Assembly: GCA_947463125.1 (NCBI GenBank)
Contig: CANHQZ010000002.1
Coordinates: forward strand, 46,951 to 110,950
Source of the DNA: Flavobacteriales bacterium
Lineage (GTDB): Bacteria > Bacteroidota > Bacteroidia > NS11-12g > UBA955
Direction: 5' to 3'
Length of the DNA: 64,000 nt
The notes beneath the pieces are model-generated. The model saw nothing but the letters and a program-made list of their open reading frames with translations. It was not told where the DNA came from and did not search any database. Made by a program: the position numbers and the translations under genes. Positions within the stretch are counted from its first letter, which is position 1; each line of letters opens with the position of its first letter. Shown piece by piece: positions 58,810 through 64,000 of this stretch.

Positions 58810-59442
58810 ATGGCGGGCAGGCGAAATCAGCTCGTAGCCGAGCTAAGGCAGAAAGGCATTGTCGATGAGCAGGTTCTGCAGGCGATTGGACGTGTGCCCA
58901 GGCAACTGTTTTTCCCGAAAGATTTTGAACAATTCGTATACCGTGACGCACCGTTTCCTATTGGTCACGGACAAACCATTTCACAGCCCTACACTGTTGC
59001 TTTTCAAAGTCAGTTGCTGCAAATAAAGTCCGGCGAAAAAGTGCTGGAAATCGGTACAGGCAGTGGTTATCAGGCTGCTGTGCTGTCGGCGATGGGCGCG
59101 CATGTTTTTACCATTGAAACCGTGCTTCCTTTGCTGAAAGAAGCACTCAAAGTGCTTAAAATTTTGGACAACCAGATTCAGTGTTTTCATGGAGACGGAA
59201 CGCTGGGTCTTCCTGCTTCTGCTCCCTATGATGCCATTATTGTAACGGCAGGTGCTCCGGAAGTTCCCAAAAACCTCATAGATCAGTTGAAAGTTGGTGG
59301 CAAGCTCGTTATTCCTATTGGTGATAAGCCTGATTCTCAAACCATGTATCGTTTAACCAAAAATAGCGATGGTTCGGTAAACAAAGAATCTTTTGGCCCT
59401 TTCCGTTTTGTGCCGTTGAAGGGCAAAGAGGGCTGGAATTGA
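58810..59442 (+). CDS. pcm: Protein-L-isoaspartate O-methyltransferase
   Basis: SAM-binding motif VLEIGTGSGYQAAVL, plus QTISQPY and the canonical N-terminal RRNQLVAELRQKGI. The start was trimmed from 58732 to the Met at 58810. Confidence 0.8.
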   Translation: MAGRRNQLVAELRQKGIVDEQVLQAIGRVPRQLFFPKDFEQFVYRDAPFPIGHGQTISQPYTVAFQSQLLQIKSGEKVLEIGTGSGYQAAVLSAMGAHVFTIETVLPLLKEALKVLKILDNQIQCFHGDGTLGLPASAPYDAIIVTAGAPEVPKNLIDQLKVGGKLVIPIGDKPDSQTMYRLTKNSDGSVNKESFGPFRFVPLKGKEGWN

Positions 59443-59446
59443 AGCT

Positions 59447-60727
59447 TTAACGGTTCATCAGATCCTCAATCTCTTCTGCTTCAATTGGCAATCCTGCCAT
59501 AAAGTCATGAATGCCGTCGGCTTTTAGAAGTACATCATTCTCAATCCTAACGCCAATTCCTTCCTCAGGAACATAAATTCCGGGCTCAATGGTAAGCACA
59601 TTTCCTACCTGCAGTTCTTCAAAACGGTGCATGGTATCGTGCACATCCAGGCCAAGGTGGTGGCTTGTGCCGTGCATAAAGTAACGTGCAAATGCGCGCT
59701 TGTCTTTTTTAACATCTTCCATACTTAACAAGCCGAGATTGACCAGTTGTTCTGTCATCACTTCGCAAACTTCTTGGTGGTATTCTGGTAGTTTTTTTCC
59801 GGGCTTGAGAAGGCCTGCAGCTGCCCTGTGAACGTGAAGCACTGCATTGTAAATGGCTTTTTGTCTGGGTGAAAACTTTCCGCTTACCGGCAGGCACCTT
59901 GTTAGGTCACCATTGTAGTTGGCATATTCAGCCCCGAAATCCAGCAGCAGCAAATCTCCGTCTTTGCATATTTTGTTGTTCTCAATGTAGTGCAGTACGC
60001 AAGCGCTGGAACCGCTTCCAATAATGGGGTCGAAGGCAAAGCCTGAGGAACGGCGCCGGATAAATTCATGTATCAGTTCAGCTTCAATCTCATACTCCCA
60101 TACACCTGGCTTAACGAATGTGAGCAAACGCTCAAAGCCTGCACGGGTAATGTTTACTGCTTCTGTGATTAGGTCTATTTCTTCCTGTTCTTTTACCATA
60201 CGGCACTGTGCCAAAATGGGGGCACTACGGGCAATTTTGTGAGCAGGGTAGCGGTACTTGATTTCATGCGCAAACCGAAACTGATTTGCAGGCACTGTAT
60301 CTACAGAACGGTCGTTTTCATTGAGATTAAGATAGATTGTTTCTGCCAGTAAAAAAGCCGCATGAATGGTTTTTTTGAAATCATGATACCAGAAAACCCT
60401 TTCTATCCCGCTGACTGCGGAAGCTTCTGCCGGCATAAGCCTTGCACCATCCCAAACTGCAATTTGTTCGGATGTCTCTTTAATGAAAAGCATCTCTTTA
60501 AACAGCGGATTTGGACTGTCAGGGAACAATACCAGAATGGTGTCCTCCTGATCGATTCCCGTGAGGTAAAATAAATCGGAGTTTTGCTTGAATTTATAGT
60601 ATGCATCTCCATTTTTCGGCACTTCATCATTGCTGTGAAAAACAGCGATGGAGCCGGGTTTCATCGATGCGGTGAATTTTTTCCTGTTCTTGATAAATAG
60701 CGATGAAGGAATAGAGTTGTATTTCAT
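59447..60727 (-). CDS. Xaa-Pro aminopeptidase (M24B family)
   Basis: AMP_N domain plus a pita-bread fold with metal ligands (HGTSHHLGLDVHD, LTIEPGIY, ENDVLL). Confidence 0.85.
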   Translation of the reverse strand: MKYNSIPSSLFIKNRKKFTASMKPGSIAVFHSNDEVPKNGDAYYKFKQNSDLFYLTGIDQEDTILVLFPDSPNPLFKEMLFIKETSEQIAVWDGARLMPAEASAVSGIERVFWYHDFKKTIHAAFLLAETIYLNLNENDRSVDTVPANQFRFAHEIKYRYPAHKIARSAPILAQCRMVKEQEEIDLITEAVNITRAGFERLLTFVKPGVWEYEIEAELIHEFIRRRSSGFAFDPIIGSGSSACVLHYIENNKICKDGDLLLLDFGAEYANYNGDLTRCLPVSGKFSPRQKAIYNAVLHVHRAAAGLLKPGKKLPEYHQEVCEVMTEQLVNLGLLSMEDVKKDKRAFARYFMHGTSHHLGLDVHDTMHRFEELQVGNVLTIEPGIYVPEEGIGVRIENDVLLKADGIHDFMAGLPIEAEEIEDLMNR

Positions 60728-60876
60728 GATATTGTTAGCAAAAATAGCTCTTTTGCATCAATATGCCTGCCTTAATTTGCACTTGAAAACTTGTTAATAT
60801 TCTACAAAAAATATTTTAAGCTGCTGCGTTCAGTTATCGATTTGGTCAATACTTTGGTTGAATAATAAAAAATTCA

Positions 60877-60884
60877 TAATTTTG
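60877..60884 (+). promoter_or_regulatory. Candidate -7 element (TAATTTTG) for the giant adhesin gene
   Basis: Exact TAnnTTTG match ~64 nt upstream of the ATG at 60948, with TTG triplets ~20 nt further upstream. Confidence 0.3.
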
Positions 60885-60947
60885 AGGCAACGATGGGTTG
60901 TGTTGTATTGTCAATCACAACATCAATCCTTTAAGATTGAATCGCTT

Positions 60948-63900
60948 ATGATGAGAAAAATACTGTTTGCTATGGCCCTGTTCATGGGTCTTTCCGACAA
61001 TTTGAATGCTACCCACATGATGGGTGCAGATGTTTCCTATCGTTGTTTAGGCAACGGAAGGTACCGCATTATTGCCAAGGTTTACCGGGATTGCAAGGGG
61101 ATTAGCTTCAACAGCCCATCCTTTCAGGCTTTTGCCGGTCTGAACGGCGGGAATACCTGTGGCAGTGTTGGGTTATCAATCAGCCGCACAGGAATCCGCG
61201 ATGTTACGCCCCGCTGTTCAACCGCCGCTCAGCCCTGTAATCCGCAAAATACAAATTTTACAGGTCAGGGTGTTGAGGAGCATACTTTCGAAACTACTGT
61301 AGATTTTAACGTCGCTCCGCTAAGGAATTTCCGAAATAATCCCAATTGCTGCGAAGTTACTTTTGCTATAGGTCAGTGCTGCCGAAATGATCAGATTACG
61401 ACTCTCAACGGTCCTGGTGGAACGGACTTTTGGGCGACTTGTATGATTAACATATGTAACATTCCTAAGACTACAAATAAATGTAATTCAAGCCCGATTC
61501 TTTCCAATCAGCCTGTGGGTTACCTGTGTTGCAACCAGACATATTACTTCAATAACGGGGCCATTGATACCATCGATTTTGACTCGCTGTCATACAAGTT
61601 AATAAACGGAATTAATACACTGCCCAATAACAGTGTAAGTTACAAAAATCCTTTTACGTTCAGGTTCCCAATGACGCCTTTCTGCATTCCTATCGGAAGC
61701 GTTAGTTGCACGCCCAATCCAAATACCAATCCGCCCCGAGGATTCTTCTTCGATGAAGGTACAGGTGATATAGTGTTTACGCCTACCAAGTGTGATGAAA
61801 TAGGAGTAGTGGTTATTGAGATATCGGAATTTCGAAGAGATAGTGCCACCGGAGTCTGGCTCAACATTGGTCGAACGCGACGGGATATGCAATTAATTGT
61901 TCTCGCCGATTGCGGATACAACAATGCCCCAAAACTTTTAGGCCCCACCAGTGTGAAAGTCTGCGAAGGTGACCGTATTTGCTTCAAGATTGACGGCAAG
62001 GACGAGACCTTTGTGCCTAACCAGACCATTCCGGATACTGTGCAGATGAAATGGAACCGCGGTATTCCCGGAGCTACCTTTACCATATTAAATCCTACAG
62101 CCAGAGAGAAGACAGCAGAGTTTTGCTGGCAGACCAAAATAGGACAGGCCAGTGAAGTTTCCTATTCATTTACTGTTACCGCTACTGATGATCATTGCCC
62201 AAGACCTTCAACAGCTGTCCGCGGTTTCAAGGTAAAAGTAAATCCCCGTGCTTTCAGCACCCGTAAATATACTATTTTAAAATGCGGCCGCTTTGCCTGG
62301 GATGCCAATGTGCCCCCCGGATTCAAGGGTATTCCTACCTATCGCTGGAGTCTTCGCGACAGCAACGGGTCCAAGGAACTGCTGTTCTCCACCAAAAAGA
62401 CAGATACACTAACCTACAAGCGCGGTGGTAAGTACATTATGGTTCACACGGTAAACAACCCTGACAACTGTCCGACGATATACCGTGATACGATTATTGT
62501 ACCCAACCCGCCAACAGCCGTGCTGGCGACCAAGGATACGTTTGCGTGTTTTAACAGCTCCATCAGCCTTCAGCCAAACATATTGTTTGCAAAAGCGCCA
62601 TACCGTTACCGCTGGACACGCCCGATTACCCATATTTCTGGGGATACGAACAGCATGCTGACGATTCCGAAAATCGTTAGTGATTCAACGCTGGTGGTTC
62701 GGATTACCGATGGAGACGGCTGCCGTTTCTTCGATACGGTAACTGTGTTTAAGAAGTCGTTGCCGGTGGTAAGCCTGGGCCCTGACAAGCGGATATGTAC
62801 GTATGACAGCATGAAGTTTGATGCGGGTCATTCTGATACGGTATTCTATAGCTGGAACAGCGGTGACACAACCCGCGAGATCACCAAGCATGTGAAAGGG
62901 TTGTATATCGTAACGATCACAGACACCACCTGGTTATGCCAGCAAAAGGATACGGTAGAGTTGTTTGTGAACGATACGGTGGTGAGCATAGCGGGAGCGG
63001 ATAAGGAGATATGCCATCAGGATACGATGCTGCTGGCAGCACAGCACCGCCCGCCAAGTATTTCGGCAAACTACCGCTGGACAAACATAACCACCAGTAC
63101 CCTGCTTGGCACAAGCTTCTCGTACAAGGTATCTCCGCGTAACCCCACCTCACCCGGCGGCACGCCTGCGTTCTTCAACTACGAGTTGTTTACAAGGGTA
63201 ACGCAGGGAGGCGTGACGTGTGAGGATTATGATACGGTTCGGGTGCGTGTGAATGTACTTCCCCGCGTGTGGTGGGATCCGAAGCCACTGAAGAGCCAGT
63301 GTCACGCATTCGGCGATATACCGCTGTATCCGTTTGTAAATCCGAAGGCGGGCAACAACATCAGTGTATGGGCAGGAACGCGCAGGGTTCGCAACAACAT
63401 GGTAGACAGCCTTGCTCCGAACCAGTTCGTATACCGCACCACGCGATTAAATAACAGCACCCTTCAGAACGGGGTATTCCGTCAGGACAGGGTATACCTT
63501 CGATTCCGCGATACCAATGGATGTGTCAACATAGACAGTACAACCCAGCGTATCAATGGTACGCCTGTGGTTCAGTTGCAGAAGCGCACCTACTGCCAGG
63601 ATGCAGGTAAAGCGCCACTGGCCAACAGCATCATCCGCCCCCAGCCGGGTATAACGGTAAATGTGGCGTGGAAGGTGCTGGAAGTACCCAGTGGTATTGA
63701 TCCGACGAGCATACTGTATGAAGATCCTGTAGGAACCCAGCGTTTCTGGATGCGCTTTGGAGATCCGACAGAAGATAAGTATGCAGGTACATACAAGCTT
63801 GAGTACTGTGTTGAAGACAGGCTGACGGGCTGTAGGAAGTGCGATACCACCACCGTTGATATTATTACCGAACCGACGGTAAAGGTAACATCTCCCAATC

Positions 63901-64000
63901 CGCTGTGCGTAAACTGGGATACGATAGACCTGAACGACTATGTATTGCTGAACGGCAACCGCCCGAAGGAAGGTGATGGCTGGTTCACGGTGCTGGAATA
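60948..64000 (+). CDS. Giant secreted Cys-rich cell-surface protein with SprB-type repeats (gliding-motility/T9SS adhesin-like), 3'-truncated by the window edge
   Basis: I translated 60948..64000 by hand and found no in-frame stop, giving ≥1017 aa. It starts MMRKILFAMALFMGLSDNLNATHMMGADVSYRCLGNGRYRIIAKVYRDCKGI..., the conserved N-terminal module of large Bacteroidota SprB-like proteins. The first ~400 aa are very Cys-rich. From ~62300 there are 75 to 90-aa repeats of the SprB type (PTYRWSL.., PYRYRWT..GDTNSMLTI.., VFYSWNSGDTTREI...GLYIVTITD, SANYRWTN..). The in-frame stop upstream is at 60795 and 60948 is the first ATG. It is absent from the ORF track because the ORF is open-ended. Confidence 0.75.
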   Translation, partial: MMRKILFAMALFMGLSDNLNATHMMGADVSYRCLGNGRYRIIAKVYRDCKGISFNSPSFQAFAGLNGGNTCGSVGLSISRTGIRDVTPRCSTAAQPCNPQNTNFTGQGVEEHTFETTVDFNVAPLRNFRNNPNCCEVTFAIGQCCRNDQITTLNGPGGTDFWATCMINICNIPKTTNKCNSSPILSNQPVGYLCCNQTYYFNNGAIDTIDFDSLSYKLINGINTLPNNSVSYKNPFTFRFPMTPFCIPIGSVSCTPNPNTNPPRGFFFDEGTGDIVFTPTKCDEIGVVVIEISEFRRDSATGVWLNIGRTRRDMQLIVLADCGYNNAPKLLGPTSVKVCEGDRICFKIDGKDETFVPNQTIPDTVQMKWNRGIPGATFTILNPTAREKTAEFCWQTKIGQASEVSYSFTVTATDDHCPRPSTAVRGFKVKVNPRAFSTRKYTILKCGRFAWDANVPPGFKGIPTYRWSLRDSNGSKELLFSTKKTDTLTYKRGGKYIMVHTVNNPDNCPTIYRDTIIVPNPPTAVLATKDTFACFNSSISLQPNILFAKAPYRYRWTRPITHISGDTNSMLTIPKIVSDSTLVVRITDGDGCRFFDTVTVFKKSLPVVSLGPDKRICTYDSMKFDAGHSDTVFYSWNSGDTTREITKHVKGLYIVTITDTTWLCQQKDTVELFVNDTVVSIAGADKEICHQDTMLLAAQHRPPSISANYRWTNITTSTLLGTSFSYKVSPRNPTSPGGTPAFFNYELFTRVTQGGVTCEDYDTVRVRVNVLPRVWWDPKPLKSQCHAFGDIPLYPFVNPKAGNNISVWAGTRRVRNNMVDSLAPNQFVYRTTRLNNSTLQNGVFRQDRVYLRFRDTNGCVNIDSTTQRINGTPVVQLQKRTYCQDAGKAPLANSIIRPQPGITVNVAWKVLEVPSGIDPTSILYEDPVGTQRFWMRFGDPTEDKYAGTYKLEYCVEDRLTGCRKCDTTTVDIITEPTVKVTSPNPLCVNWDTIDLNDYVLLNGNRPKEGDGWFTVLE

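Noticed and set aside
61599-62137. Two overlapping minus-strand ORFs (97 and 165 aa) listed in the track
   Set aside because: They lie antisense to the long open + strand adhesin frame starting at 60948, which has a signal peptide and recognisable SprB-type repeats. They are spurious.

Overview
This 64-kb window is chromosomal DNA from a Bacteroidota organism, probably a Sphingobacteriia/Chitinophagia-type genome. The phylum call rests on a T9SS C-terminal sorting domain, a SprB-repeat adhesin, TAnnTTTG -7 promoter motifs and the overall gene content. Coding density is high and there are no tRNA/rRNA genes, CRISPR arrays or transposases. Most genes are housekeeping: sppA, rpe, folP, fumC, maeB, rseP, ung, cca, serS, rnr, gyrB, accB, accC, pcm, an acyl-CoA carboxyltransferase, pepP-like and others. 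Both window edges cut through genes that the ORF track missed. At 1..124 (-) is the start of an efflux membrane-fusion lipoprotein that continues a TetR-TolC operon. At 60948..64000 (+) is an open-ended, Cys-rich giant SprB-repeat adhesin of more than 1017 aa. Four loci stand out. (i) A 1074-aa protein at 4221..7445 joins a putative outer-membrane beta-barrel to a ~550-aa cysteine-studded coiled coil whose codons repeat as GAACTGGAAGC. (ii) A six-gene minus-strand cluster at 50830..58729 contains a polyprenyl glycosylphosphotransferase, a lipoprotein and an oxidoreductase-like protein. They lie upstream of a T1SS-like ABC/HlyD/TolC exporter in which every catalytic motif of the ABC nucleotide-binding domain is degenerate. 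(iii) A PAS histidine kinase is paired with a REC-cNMP-binding-Crp-HTH response regulator, downstream of an unusual 470-bp AT-rich intergenic region. (iv) A CotH-family T9SS cargo protein sits next to a GT-C-like polytopic membrane protein. Coordinates of features I re-trimmed are approximate to within a few nt.
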